Of a DNA stretch of 64,000 bases, positions 25,853 through 38,576 are shown one piece after another. This DNA comes from Hydrolagus affinis (lineage: Eukaryota). The stretch is taken from assembly GCA_012026655.1 (NCBI GenBank), contig JAAILG010000172.1:62001-126000 (forward strand), in the 5' to 3' direction. The translations under genes were made by a program, and so were the position numbers. How positions within the stretch are numbered: the stretch's first letter is position 1; the number at the start of each line of letters is the position of its first letter. Under the pieces are notes generated by a model that worked only from the letters and a program-made list of their open reading frames with translations, made no database searches and had not been told where the DNA came from.

Positions 25853-26403
25853 CTTACATGTATTGTCACCAAAGCAGCCACTTGTTACATTTACAAGCGT
25901 TCTGTTACTGTAAGATTCCATTAAAACACCATTGGGATAAAATTCAAGGCTTTTGTTGTTAATTCTAAGGTCCTGGATACATCCTTTGAAGTAGCTTGAA
26001 TTACTGGTAGATTCCAATTGATCAGGGAGGCCTCCAATATATGCCAAATCTCCAGCTTGCACTTTGATTGGATGAATGTGAATATGGCTGACCATTTGTC
26101 CAGACCGGGTAAGCTTCATCATGTTTCCTCCAATGTTCACAGTTATGAAATGGAGGTCACTGTCACTGGTATAGTGATCATCTCTGAGGGCTTTGGACAA
26201 ATGAGATTCAATGATAATTTTGCCACTGTCCAACCTTATCTGAAGATACTGGGCACTGCTGTTCTTCAGGGCAAATAATAAGCCATTACGTTTGCGTGTG
26301 CGAATGAACATAGAGATGTTCACCTCTTCGCCTAGATTATCATCAATGATAAATAAAGCATATCCCTTTGAGTCTCCATGGCCGAATCTGCCAGGAATTA
26401 ATT
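25853..26403 (-). CDS. CRB1: CRB1 exon 7 (laminin G-like 2)
   Basis: ttttcaatag|AA TTA...TGT AAG|gtacag; 551 nt; ISMFIRTRKRNGLL, YIGG, YFKGCIQDLRIN. Confidence 0.97.
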
Positions 26404-27713
26404 CTATTGAAAACAAAGAAGAGATTAGCTCAGAAACTACAGTGATTTATACACAGATAAAACAGCATCAAAACATCCAGAAATGTCAAAGGAATGTTCA
26501 GTTTGTGTAAATTAATTTTGAATTAATTTAGCTGTTGTGTCTTTAAACACACTGTGAAATTAATGTCCACATTCTTGAAAAGTGTTCAATGCACACTGGT
26601 GTCAAATCTTTAGAGAAAGTATCATATGACATAGCTCAACCATCTCTAGATGACTTCTACATCTGTGATCGAGTTAATAAACAATGTTTTTTTTTAGAAA
26701 TTCAATCTCTTCATTTAAGTGGTTCACATTTAAAATCTCGACCTGTAATAAAAAACAAAAAAACTGCACATTTGCATTTCATACCTTCGTATCAATCATG
26801 TGAACATTTTTGCATTCAATATAGCGCCTTATCACATCTTCAAGACATCTGAAAGCACTTCATAGAATATACTGTAAAATGAATTGATTGTATATTTTGT
26901 GGCTAAAATATACAGTCAATTCACGTTACTCAATTGCATGAAGGAAATCACCTTAATGGAGTGGGGCCTTGGAATTAAAATATCTGCCCAAATCTAATAA
27001 ACTAGTGGAACAGGTTTAATTGGCCTGAAAGGTTCCTCGTGCTCCTGTTTTTCTATATTCCTAAGTTGCTGTGTTAAAAAGGCAGCATACCATTAATATG
27101 TTTTCACACAGCCTCCAAAATATTTTTCTTTAAGAATGAACCAATAATGCTTTGCTCAGTATGGTCATTATTGGAATGGAAGTTGGGGATTGATGTATTC
27201 ACCAAAATTAAAACAAAATAAAATAAAGGATGAGTTCAGGACTTGTAAAAATAAAGAAAGCTGTGCAAAATTCTGAAACTGAGTTAGAATTATAAATCCA
27301 AAGGAATCCTAACAAAGCTGCAATGAGATGCCTTTGGTAGATAAAGAAATGTACCCACAGTGACTGAGATGACAAGTTGCAAAGATTGACTTCTGAACCT
27401 AGTGCCATATCAGACATTAAAAATGTTATGAGCTGCATCTTTTTCCAATGTTTAATGAGGGATTAAATATAGAAGGCCTATGTCAGAGATAGAGGACCTA
27501 GAATAACACTGCAACAGTAGGGAAGAATTTTTTGAGTAAATTATTTCAGTGAAGTTTGAAGGTATCAGAATAATTGAATCTGTTCCATGACACTCAAAAT
27601 GGCAATGGCAAATTTATGTCATCGTCAGTAAGATCAGATCACCATGTATATCACATCACTACTGATGTGATATTCCGTGTTGCTTGTAGAATTGAGATAT
27701 ATAAAAACAAATA

Positions 27714-28451
27714 TAGTAGAAGCCCATTTATCCATGACTCGATGCACCGGCACTTCTGTATAACCGGCACGCCCCCAAAAAATCCACATTCGATAAACTG
27801 GAACTTATCCAGAACAATAGCAGTAGAGCATTTGTAAATGCATAAATAATAACATAATAACAGAATATTGTATTGGCACTCACCGTCAAAACCACTCTCC
27901 CGTGCTCCCATCCCCGCTGCTAGTTGCTGCACTTGAAGCCATGATGCTGCAGTTGAGATTTACAGTCCAGCGACTCTCCCCAAAATGGAGCACGCCAAGC
28001 GGGTGAAAAAAATGGAGCTTGTATGTCTTCAAAGTCATACTAGCGGCAAGCTGATAATGCTAGCCGATAACTCACATTGTCGCACAGGTGTAGTATTTTG
28101 GTTTGCCGCTAGTAGAGTCTAGGGCTTCGGCTTGCAGCCAGTAAAGTCGCGCGACTTTAAAATCGCGCTGCCGCCTCACCCGCCTGGCATCCCCCATTCA
28201 AAAAAGAATCTCTGGACTGCAAACCCCAACCAGTAAAGGTGAGAAGCACAAGAGAGCAGCCCCAACAACAAGCACCAACACAATACTCCGCCACTATCTG
28301 TTATTACTTAATCTGATGTGTATGGTGTGTGTTGAAAGAACTTAAATTTTTTTGTAGTGGGTTTTTGGCCGTGGGCCGCCCGAATATCCGGCAGGCACAT
28401 GAACTGGCATTGGCCAGGTCCCATGGTTGCTGGATAAACGGGCTTCTACTT
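27714..28451. mobile_element. Non-autonomous pogo/Tigger-like DNA transposon (MITE)
   Basis: About 21-bp terminal inverted repeats (TIRs): tagtagaagcccatttatcca ... tggataaacgggcttctactt, each flanked by TA; interior richer in GC and CpG than the flanks. Confidence 0.8.
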
Positions 28452-28834
28452 TATTTGCATTGCAACTGTAACAGTGGTTAAAAACTGGAAAAAAGGGAGG
28501 ATTTATAATTCAAAACAACGCATTTACTTTAAATTATTCTGATATTATTATTTCATTGTAAATTTGAATTTCAGTTTGGGCTTGTTACTTTTAAATTTAC
28601 TGATCACTGAGCAAGCCTCAGTCTACATAATAATACAAATCAAATGAACGTATCTGTAACACTAAATCTTACACTTGGTTCCTAAGTGGGCATTGTCAAC
28701 TGTTTATTTCCTAATTACTCAACATAAGATAAAACAAATAGCTACTAAAATTAAATGAAAGCCAGCTTGTTTGCTGTAAAATGGTGTAAAATGCATCAAA
28801 ATATTCAACGACAAGTAGTCATAGAGATAATTAC

Positions 28835-29794
28835 CCTTTGAGCAGTTAGATCCCATGTATGGTCTGAAACATTCACATTTGTAGTTCAGCCACAAATCAA
28901 GACATTTGCCCCTGTTCTGGCATGGATTATTCTGGCACCAGTCCTTCTGCCTGCACCCTGGCTTCATATTCAGTGTTGAATCTGATGAAAGCTTTTCAGG
29001 GACAATTATTTGGGAATCGACTTCCACATCCTGGAAGCAACCAACAAAATAAGGCTGAGATTGGATACTGTCAGTGGCTCCCGAAAAGTGCCTGGTGCCA
29101 TTCCCGATGCCCCCAAAGAGCGTGCTTTCAAACGCAGATGTGAGTTGATCACTTTCTAGCTGAACAAACTTTTGGATGGTGCAATCTACTGAACATGGAT
29201 CATCCAGAAGTTTCAAAACAAAGGCTCTTTCTATTGTCATTTCCACACTGTGCCAGTTAGTGTCACTGACATTCTTAGAAATCCGAAGATCTGTAACCAG
29301 CTGATCGTCCATTTGCAGAGTTGCATATAAATGCCCATTGAGTATATCCAGTCTCATAAATGTATCTTTATTTCCCCTATGAAATACAATTGTGTTAAGC
29401 AATACAGTTCTGAACCTTAGGGACACACTGAAAAGACTTTCCATTGGCTCTACGATATTTCTGGAAGCTGGTACTTTAACATGAAGATATCCATTGATGT
29501 CAAACGAAAAGGTTGTCTGTGTTTGACAGTTCAAGCCTGTATATCCATGGGCACAAATGCAATGGTACACATGCTGTGTGCCTTTTAATGAAGGAATACA
29601 CTTGGCTCTGTTCTGGCACTTGTGGTTCTCACAGCCAATCAGAAGGTCTGTGCAGTTCTCGCCTCCATAAAAATCTCCTCGTTGGTGTGTGGTTGGACAG
29701 TGACAGATGTAACTCCCAGCAGTATTCTGACAGGTTCCACCATTTTTACAAGGACTTTGGTCACACTCATTAACATCCATTTCACAGAATGAAC
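28835..29794 (-). CDS. CRB1: CRB1 exon 6 (EGF repeats, laminin G-like 1, EGF)
   Basis: tttcctag|GT TCA TTC TGT...AAG G|gtaatt; 960 nt; SVSLRFRTV, SDTNWHSV, FVGCFQD. Confidence 0.97.
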
Positions 29795-31157
29795 CTAGGA
29801 AAGAAAGTCACATCAGTCTCAATATTTACCTATGATGGCTCAATTAATATTAACAAAATAAATGCTCTATTGTTTGAAGCCTGAAATCTGTGATCTTTAC
29901 TTAAGAGCAGAATTTTGTTGTTGATTTTTTCATGCGCACCCGATTCTTACTTTTCCGAATGCTAACCTGCTCAATGCTGACATATATAACTAGTAAACTT
30001 TACGCTGCACCATTCTGGCATGTTTTGAACAATTTCATAGGTTGTTTCTTCTTAGCTTTGGTTGTAGGTATGAAACAGGATTTTTCAATGTTTCATTGAA
30101 ATTGTGAAGTGCATAGTGGGGAAATTGTGCAGCATTATCATATACCACATATCTCCCTCTACTCCACCTTCCCCACACACGCAACATCATATTATCTTAT
30201 ATGGGTAACAAAACAATTACAGACAGAAATTTGTTTCAAATTGTAAAACATAGACAGTCATAAAGAAATACAATCATGATTCTATTTCAGCAAACACTGG
30301 CCTGCTTCATGTTTCTTTCCTGATCCACCCCAACGCGTTGGTGAATGAACTATCGGTCTATGCTCTCTGGGACTCGATTTGTGAGTCCCTCCTCTATTTC
30401 CCACCTACAAAATCCATCTTTAAACCATGTTTTTGGCCACCTTCTCCCCCTGATGTGAAAGCTGCTGTTTAAATGCAAGTTGGTGTATTTATAGTAACAA
30501 AAAACTGACTATCGTAATGAACCAGATTGATATTTGTGGATAATTCAGAATATAAGGGATTTATCATTCCATTTGGCAGTAAATAGCAGATAACTGGATT
30601 ACAGAGATTAGTCTATATCTGTTACCGCATTTGGAACATAAATACCTGTCAAAATGTTTCTGTCTCAGTTAAATAACAACTCAGTCTCAGCTGTAAGATT
30701 TATGAAACTAATGGAATAAACTTGCCCAGCATTTCAAATTTAAACTATGCTGCTTCCTGAATCTACTTGCTTCCAGGATCATAAATAACATTTAGTTTAA
30801 AAGAAGACTTATCACAAGGACACTTTAAGCAGAGCAATGGACATCTTCCTCATTTCTTTATCTTGTGAAATATATTAAATTTAAGTGCATAGTAAAGCAT
30901 TTACAATACAGTGAAATTACTTCTAAAGATCAGTTTTTACGTGCATTGCCTTTAAACGTGCAACTAATGTGGTAGTAAGTTTCAAAGCAGAAATTGCTGT
31001 GCAGACAATTTATACAGTACTGATTTCTCAGCATGAAGACTTGATCTGAAATCAGTTATATTTCCCTGAACATTAAAGCTTAAAGCATTGCCACTAGCTT
31101 TTACATGTCCTATTAACTGTAGGAGAATATCCTTTAGATTACACCAAGAAAATTTAC

Positions 31158-31209
31158 CTGTGAGGACAATGATGAAAATGAGGGAGGACTGAAGCACGGA
31201 TGGGATCAT
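31158..31209 (-). CDS. CRB1: Alternative internal first coding exon (5c-like signal peptide) of a CRB1-B-type isoform
   Basis: gcaATG; MIPSVLQSSLIFIIVLT + G|gtaaat; 52 nt, phase 1, in frame with exon 6. Position and size match the mammalian exon 5c peptide as recalled (17 aa). Confidence 0.75.
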
Positions 31210-31383
31210 TGCGGACAGTGCCAAAAATAGAAGTACTACATCCACACTCGACGAAAACAATATACATGAACTTCAATCATCTGCAGACTTAATTGAGTAT
31301 GTCCTGTGTCCGGCACCTTTCTCATTGCTAACATGCATCCTAACTGCTATACAACGTGATTTGCTCCTTTGTCTCACCATATC

Positions 31384-31401
31384 TGCTGACTTAGCTCAGC
31401 A
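31384..31401. promoter_or_regulatory. Candidate Maf/NRL (MARE-like) palindrome upstream of the internal first exon
   Basis: TGCTGA-cttagc-TCAGCA: inverted Maf half-sites about 175 bp upstream of the ATG at 31209. TAATCC (OTX/CRX core) at 31782-31787. Confidence 0.4.
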
Positions 31402-32009
31402 TGAAACATTCTCAAAGCCAGATCAGTAAGACTTAACTTAAGAACCATTAAATTCCTGCCATACACAAGAGGTCCATGTAATTATTTTACTCGGCCCACT
31501 TTGACTGCTCTCCTTAACTACATGCAAATCTAGCAGCAGAAACAAATACTATAGAACTTTACGGGCAATATTATACCATCTTAATACACTTTTACACCAA
31601 ACAAGCATTCTTGTCCTCTCATTCCGTTTATTACTGCACTGGAAAATTATTATGCAAACAGATCAAGAAACCTGAATGAAAGAGTCTATTGTCTGTGATA
31701 AAAAGCTTATTTCAACAAGAAAAACTTCACTCGACTTGTTTACTTGTAATGATTTGCCTTTAACCGTTTGTTTTTGGTGGATAATCCTGCACGCACCAGG
31801 ATAGTTCTACAGACTTTTGTATTATCCCAGCCAAACCGTTACACTTTTTCAGAATTTGATCAACTGTTGTTACTAACTATTGAGAGAATTTGAGTTACTT
31901 TGGAGTAAAAAAGCAAAAACACAGTTTAACATACAAATCGGTTATTATGGGAATGGTGGAGAGATGGAGAGATGATTGCAGTTTTTTTTCCAGGTTTGAG
32001 TAATACTAA

Positions 32010-32138
32010 CCCTGACAAAGGGTTGTAGACCAGAAACATTGATTCTTTTTCCTTTCTCCATGGATGCTGTTTGACCTGCTGAGTTTCCCCAGCAACCTTT
32101 GTTTTTGTTTCAGATTCCCAGCATCTGTAGTATTTTGT
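32010..32138. mobile_element. Penelope-like terminal repeat fragment
   Basis: gaaacattgattc...gatgctgtttgacctgctgagtttccccagca...ttcagattcccagcatctgtagtattttg resembles a repeat end common in cartilaginous fishes (family assignment from recall). Confidence 0.55.
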
Positions 32139-32173
32139 GGGGGGTTTTTGAGTAATAGTAATCCTGTTTTGAG

Positions 32174-32456
32174 TAATAATAATCCTTGCATTTGATATAG
32201 CGCTTTTCACGCCTTCTAGACATCTTCACAGAATATACTGTAAATTGACTGTATATTTTGTGGGAAAACACTGCAGCCAGTTGCACACAGCAGTATCACA
32301 CAAACAGTCTTGGATTGAAGTGACCAATTTTTTTTTGACGGATTATTATCAAGCGTGTGGAGTAAGGATACTTGCCCAAGGTTTTGCCCTGCCTGGAATC
32401 GAACCCAGGTCTCTCGCTTGCAAGGCGAGTGCTCGAACCGCAGAATTACAGGACTC
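32174..32456 (-). mobile_element. Full-length tRNA-derived SINE
   Basis: tRNA-like head with A/B boxes, body, and L2-type tail ending in (ATT)n. Confidence 0.9.
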
Positions 32457-32459
32457 ATG

Positions 32460-32730
32460 GGTAAATGTAAGAGATCTTGAGGAGATCTTGAGGAGAGGCC
32501 GTGGAGGAGGATTAAATGGTTCGTGGTGTTGAAGGCAGCAGAGAGGTCGAGGAGCTTGACGTGGTGGAGGGAGCTTGATCACAGATGGAAAGGATGTCAT
32601 TTGTAACCTTTGTGACCAATGCATAAATAATTGCGGAAGTGAAGGAAGGCAGAGCGGGTCATAGCTTGGATGTGGGTGAAGAAAGTTACTTGAGGATCGA
32701 ACAAAACACCTAGGTTCCTGACTAGCTTGA
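32460..32730 (-). mobile_element. L2-like LINE fragment
   Basis: Remnant peptide VRNLGVLFDPQVTFFTHIQAMTRSAFLHFRN from the L2 RT C-terminal region. Confidence 0.7.
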
Positions 32731-34009
32731 TGATATAAACACACACAAGCCAGGTTGCTGAAAATGGAATCCCTGAGATCAAAAATGCATAAATAATTAT
32801 CTTTGTCTGCTTACAAATACACAGCCACTTGACAGCAATTTCCTGTGAAGCGCTTTGAGCCATTTTCACTTTATTAACAATAATCCTTTGATACAGCACC
32901 ATTCACTCCTGTGAAGGAGTCTCAAAGCACTTCACAGGATTTATTGTAAGGTGCAGTGAAAGTATTTTTTTACACAAATTTTATAGGAACTGCAAAGCAG
33001 AGATTATTTACTGTCACTAAACCTTTCCCCAAATTTAATTTTTAAAAGTAAAGAATTTTCACAAAGCAATCTTCATTGGTGTATTTACTGTGATAGAAGC
33101 TTGAGGTGAAACTAAAAATTCTAGTTTTTTGGATGGAATTCTGTGATTGGAAAAGTAAATTCTCAATATTCAAATAATGTTTTTCCACTTTTCAGTGTCA
33201 GAAAATATCTACCCTGGTATGTATTTGTGAAGTTTCAAACGATTGTTACTGAATAACATCTGAGTAAAAAGAACAAAAACATTTAAAATCACTGAAAATT
33301 CAATCCTGTCATTAAATATTTGAGAAACATTCAAGACAAACAACAGGAGAACCCTGAATATAGCACTCACAGGCAATTTAAATTCAAGATGTATAAGTAG
33401 TTTATTGGATTGCCACACTCAGAGTTTGTCTCAAGCCTTATCCAAAGCCGAGATAATGAGGTTCTGTGTCTCAGGTTCTTTACCTGTGTACACAGGTGAT
33501 CAAAATAGTCAACCTCATTACATGCCCTTTGCAAACAAATCTAATGAAAATGTCGAGTACTGTGACTTTCCCATACTTTATAAATATCAGCTCTTGCTTG
33601 AGCAATTTATATTCTGCAGTACTCCATTTGAATTCCTCTGCAACATATAGCCAACATACTGAAATAACCTTAGTTTAGTGTATTTTGCTTTGGTGAAGAG
33701 TACATTTGTGAAAAGAAACAGATGAACTTCACTTTGACAATTCTCCACAACTTGTTCTTCTTTGGTCAAATTGAGTTTTTTTTTTAAAATGTCTGAAAGT
33801 TATCCAACCATATAGTAATTAGTGTACTATTGTATTCCAGTTCTTTCGCAGAGGCAGCATAGACATAACAGGCTAAAATATCTGTGGTTCTATGCCAGTG
33901 ATAAAGTCAACAAATTAATTTCACAGAGCTGTTGTACATACTCCACAGAAACTTTACTTGAGTCTGAATTTTGTAGATGAATGTAGCAGCAAAGTTGCAC
34001 ACAGTAATG

Positions 34010-34295
34010 TCCCACAAACAGCAAAGAATCGAATAATCGATAAAGGTGGTTGATGGCCAAGGCACTGGCCATCTCTTTTTGAATAATGCCATGGGATCTT
34101 TCGTGTTCCCCTGAACAGGCAGACAGGACCTTGGTTTAATGATTCATTCAAGAGACAGCAACTCAAACAATGCAGCACTCCCCAAGGCACTGGAGTATTA
34201 GCGTAGATAGACTATGAGTTCAAAGCCTTGATGTGGGCCTGATAGTCACAAACTTCTGACTTAGAGGAGAGTGTGCTACCAACTGAGTCAGGCTG
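34010..34295 (-). mobile_element. Deu-domain SINE
   Basis: Reverse complement has head cagcctgactcagttggtagcacactc, gggagtgctgcattg, and taaaccaaggtcctgtctgcctgttcagg...aagatcccatggcattattc core. Confidence 0.75.
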
Positions 34296-35005
34296 GCAAA
34301 GATCCATTCTCTGCAGCCTCTGATAGATGTATGGAGGGTGTGTGCTAAAATGCAGAGTGTGAGTGGGGAGCCATGGAGGCATTGAAAGAGAATAGCAAAC
34401 CATTACATTAGGCGGGCAAGGTAACAAAACACGGAACTTGTCCAGTGGGCAAATACCTCAAATATTTCAGGTACCCACAAAACCCCTTGACAATTTATCA
34501 AACAGGAAATATCTGTAATTTGCGGTATTGCCCTAATTTGGTAATTGAGAACATAAATTCATTCCATCATCACTGGAAAATAAATGTCATGTACATGTAT
34601 GTTGCAAATTAGGATTGTAGTTAGTGTCTATTTTAAACCAAGTTGTTAATGATTCTGACAACTGTATAATTCAATGGATTTTTGCCAGAGTTATTGAATA
34701 ATCTGAGCTGTGGCATTGAGCTGGAAAATTTCATCAACAAAATGCTATTCATTAAAATGAGGTGAGCAGATTAGTTGCTGTCTGGCATCCCTGTGTAAAA
34801 TAGGTCAAGTAATTCCTTTCAGATAATGTTGGCCTCGTTTTGCCTCTACACTCACTGGGGACTTCTGTGTTCCGAGAAATGATCATATTTGTGCTATTTT
34901 GCCTGCTTCACTTCTTCACATTACAGCTGGATTTAGAAAAGCTGTAAGTCAACATTTAATGTTGAGGCTCAGACATGAAGAAAAATCCCCTGGGCATGAT
35001 ACGAC

Positions 35006-35287
35006 TAATAATAATACTGTAGTAATAATCCTTGCATTTGATACGGCGCTTTGCATGCCTTCTAGACATCTCAAAGCACTTCACAGATTATACTGTAAAG
35101 TGAATTGACTATATTTGCGGGTGAAACGCGGCAGGCAATCGCTCACAGCATTTTCTCACAAATAGCCGAAAGATTATTATCAGGCATGTGAAGTAAGGAA
35201 ACTTGCCCAAGCTTTCGCCCCGCCTGGAATTGAACCCAGGTCTCTCGCTTGCAAGGCAAGTCTCTAACCACTGAGCTACAAGATTCC
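35006..35287 (-). mobile_element. Full-length tRNA-derived SINE
   Basis: Same family as 32174-32456. Confidence 0.9.
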
Positions 35288-35516
35288 ATATTGAAGGGTG
35301 CTTGACACCTGTGGAGCTCTATTTCAGCTACTTGAGTCATTGACTTCCAGAGAGAGCACAACACTGGAAGAGGGAACAGTAAATAGATTTTAAATATTTA
35401 AAAACTAAAGATGGAAGGTACAATATCTTTATTTTTAAATACAATACTAATATTGACTAACCGATTTTAAGATGAATTTTTTTTAAAGTGCATATTTTAA
35501 CGCAATGTAAGCTTAC

Positions 35517-35699
35517 CTGTGAACCCGTGCTGACATCTACAAATGTACCCAGGAGCGTTATCATAGCTGAATTCTGCAGGCATTTTTGAGCTATTTCCAT
35601 ACATGTTCTGCCAGGAGAGTTCAAGACACTCGCCACCATGTACACAAGGATTGCTGTGGCATTCATTAATATCAATTTCACACTGCGTCCCTGTGAAAC
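35517..35699 (-). CDS. CRB1: CRB1 exon 5 (EGF-like with insertion)
   Basis: ttcatgcag|GT TTC ACA...ACA G|gtaagc; 183 nt; FTGTQCEIDINECHSNPCVHGGECLELSWQNMYGNSSKMPAEFSYDNAPGYICRCQHGFT. Confidence 0.96.
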
Positions 35700-36719
35700 C
35701 TGCATGAATTAGAAAACACGCGAAGCTTTAGAAAAATATAAGGTGTTGGTGGACCAGGCTGTACTGACAAGGCTGCAGAAATGTTCTGTTTCCCCAAGGC
35801 CTGGAATAAAATTTAGCCTTGGGGAAGGAAATAATCAAATTAACACATTAATAGCTATTTTTAAGATCCAGTTATCGAGATTACCACAGTGAAAAAGGAG
35901 AAACTGTGCTATTATTAGAATAACATCAACAACAATAATTTATTGCTATTGTTATAATTATTTTTTCGCTTCTTTCTCTCACAGCACTTCACTCTTTTGC
36001 TTCTCTTTCAATCAATTTTCGTTTCTGCAACTTTCTTCTAAATTCTATCATACACTCTTTTTTATTTTGTCTCTTTCTTTCCTGTTCGCACCCTTCCTAC
36101 TCATTCTCTTTCAGTTACACCTTGCTTCCCTATTATGTAACCTTTATCTTTCTGCGTCTTTGCTCGCCCCTTCATTCTGCTTGCAGATATATCAACGCGA
36201 TTTCACAATCTGATAGGATTAAGTTAAATTAGCAGCCACTGTTGATTTTTATTATGTGGTTAGTTCTTGTTTTATGTATCGGTAGCTGATGAATGACTTT
36301 GGGGCATTTTGTAGGAGAATACATTTCACACTTAAGTTGTGCTACTGGGTTCAGTGTTAAAGCCATTCTACTTTATTCCTTTCAGAGAGAGCTCACAAGA
36401 ATAATAATGATTATTCCAAATTCTCAGCCCAGTTGTTTCATGCTACTTTCCCAGCAGGCGAAAACACAACAGGAATTCTGCTCCCTGAGAGTTGCATTTT
36501 GGACCCAAATGTTTACTTACTGCTCGTTTATATAAGTAGCACATAAGTAGCTTTTGATTTGCACAGTGGAACTCACAGTACAACTCACCCACTGTCACTG
36601 TGAAATATTGATGAAGGTACATTTGAAAATCTGCCTACAGTGCTAACTGTTTCTTAATGGTGGTATAGCCATCATGTAAAATTCATATAAAGTGATAGCT
36701 TAGTAACTTTTACCTGTTT

Positions 36720-37010
36720 GTGAAGTCTTACCCCTCTCTTACCCCATAGCCCTGCAAATGTTTCCTTTTCAAATACCTCTCCCAATTTCCTTTTGAAAGC
36801 TATTCTTAATTCTGCTTCCACCACCATTCCAGATCTTAACAACTCTCTGAGAAAAACAAATTCTCCTTGTCTCCCCACTGGCCCTTTTGTCAATTATCTT
36901 AAATCTGTGTCTTCTGGTTACCAACTCTCCAGCAGAAAAAAGCGTTTCTCCCTATTTACTCTATCAAAACCCCTCGTAATTTTGAATACCTCTATTAAAT
37001 TGAGCTTCAA
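36720..37010 (-). mobile_element. CR1-like LINE 3' fragment
   Basis: tctgcttccaccaccattccagatcttaacaactctctg...ccctatttactctatcaaaacccctcgtaattttgaatacctctattaaat is typical antisense CR1 ORF2 3' sequence. Confidence 0.7.
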
Positions 37011-37762
37011 AAGAATCACAATAATGTCACACAATGTTTAAAAAACAAGTGTAGCAGAAGATTAAAAGCATTACTTCAAACGTGTGTTCCAATAACTAGC
37101 AACTCTGACTCATTTTAAAAGTTTATGGCATCATTTGAACTTCTCAATAGAATTCCTGCCTTGCATTCCACTGCATTTTAAGGTAGCTGATGCAGACTTT
37201 TAAAGTAGATCTGATTGACACAATTCTTCAAAAGAAATTAGCACTTTCTAGGATGATAGGTTATTTTGGATAGTAAGTGACAGAGTTCTACGTTATTCGG
37301 GCTGGTAGTATTATACACACTGCACACACCGAGGATGCTTGATTCCCCGATGCCTGGAGCAGTGCTATACATGCATGGAAGTGCTGCACAAACGCAAGCA
37401 TTTCACTACTCTTCACATACTTGCGAGGCAACACAGCTGAATCAGTCTGTGCCACCAAAAGTGCTATTGCCACAAAAATCATTTTATAATGAAGGCATAT
37501 GTGGTCATTTACAGCTATGTGTCTCCTGAGGATTTATATGTAAATTTAAATTTTTTTTAGAAACAAAACCCATCACTGCCAGCATCTTGCAGTGAATGGA
37601 CAGTTTGTAAAAATAAATATCATTGTTCATTTCAAACATAGAAGAAATGTAACGTTACTCTTTTCCTGTAACTCAGTTCGCTCTAACTGTTCTGCGAGTA
37701 AAAGCTATTGTGTATTTTCAATAAGCAACACTCCTTAGACATTTCATTCTTAGAAAACAAAC

Positions 37763-37902
37763 CTGGCCAGCAATGGCAAGTGTAGTATCCAACAGTGTCC
37801 TGGCAGGTGGCATTGTTGAGGCAGGGTTGCGAAAGACAGGCTGGAACGTAGACCTCACAGTGCAGTCCTGTGAACTGACTGTCAGCACAGTCACAGCTGT
37901 AT
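37763..37902 (-). CDS. CRB1: CRB1 exon 4 (EGF-like)
   Basis: gcttgttacag|A TAC AGC...CCA G|gtttgt; 140 nt; [46 protein letters not shown]. Confidence 0.96.
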
Positions 37903-38351
37903 CTGTAACAAGCAAGTAAAAGTCAACTGCTTGAGAATATGCAGCATCACTAGTAGATTAACAATTATTTTCATTTTGGCTTCCTTAATAAATGCAAATT
38001 AAATTCAGACCAAAAAATAGTTGAGGTTGAATAATAGCCATTTGCCCCATGAAAGTTTATCCCTTTAGTACATTAACTCCCTCTTCATCTGAATGTATTA
38101 TGGACAAATTAGTGTTCTTTTCTTGCCAAAATTTTTTTTTTATTAAGGCATGGCTCCCTTCAAAGTACAAATAAAATACCCAAACCCTTGGTATATCACA
38201 GTGGCATCCAAACTTTGAATAGCGGCGCCCCCCCACCCCCCTAAATCAGCAACATTTTTGTTGTGCCCCCTCCTTCATACTCGGCTCCACATACTCGGGT
38301 CCTCGGCTCTGCCTTGGCTCCACCCGTGACTGCTGGATCGCCCGAACGACC

Positions 38352-38530
38352 GTAGTGACTGTGTGTTTGGGGGGAGGGTACAGTGTAGTGACTGTGCGTT
38401 TGGGGTAAAGTGTAGTTGCTGTGTGTTTGGGGGAGGGTAAAGTGTAGTGACTGTGTGTTAACGGGAGTGTAAATTGTAGCGACTGTGTGTTTGGAGGGAG
38501 GGTAAAGTGTAGTGACTGTGTGTTTGGGGT
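38352..38530. repeat. Minisatellite, about 30-33-bp unit, 5-6 copies
   Basis: Repeated unit gtagtgactgtgtgtttggg(g)gagggtaaagt. Confidence 0.9.
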
Positions 38531-38576
38531 ACGCCACAACCTGTCCTTTTAACATTGGCTTTCTTCTATAACGTAC

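Noticed and set aside
29673-29681. RGD tripeptide in an exon 6 EGF loop (HQRGDFY)
   Set aside because: Single short motif with no evidence of conservation; likely chance.
33361-33420. gtgagt donor in intron 5 as an alternative CRB1-B first exon
   Set aside because: The frame matching exon 6 contains stops and there is no ATG; 31158-31209 fits far better.
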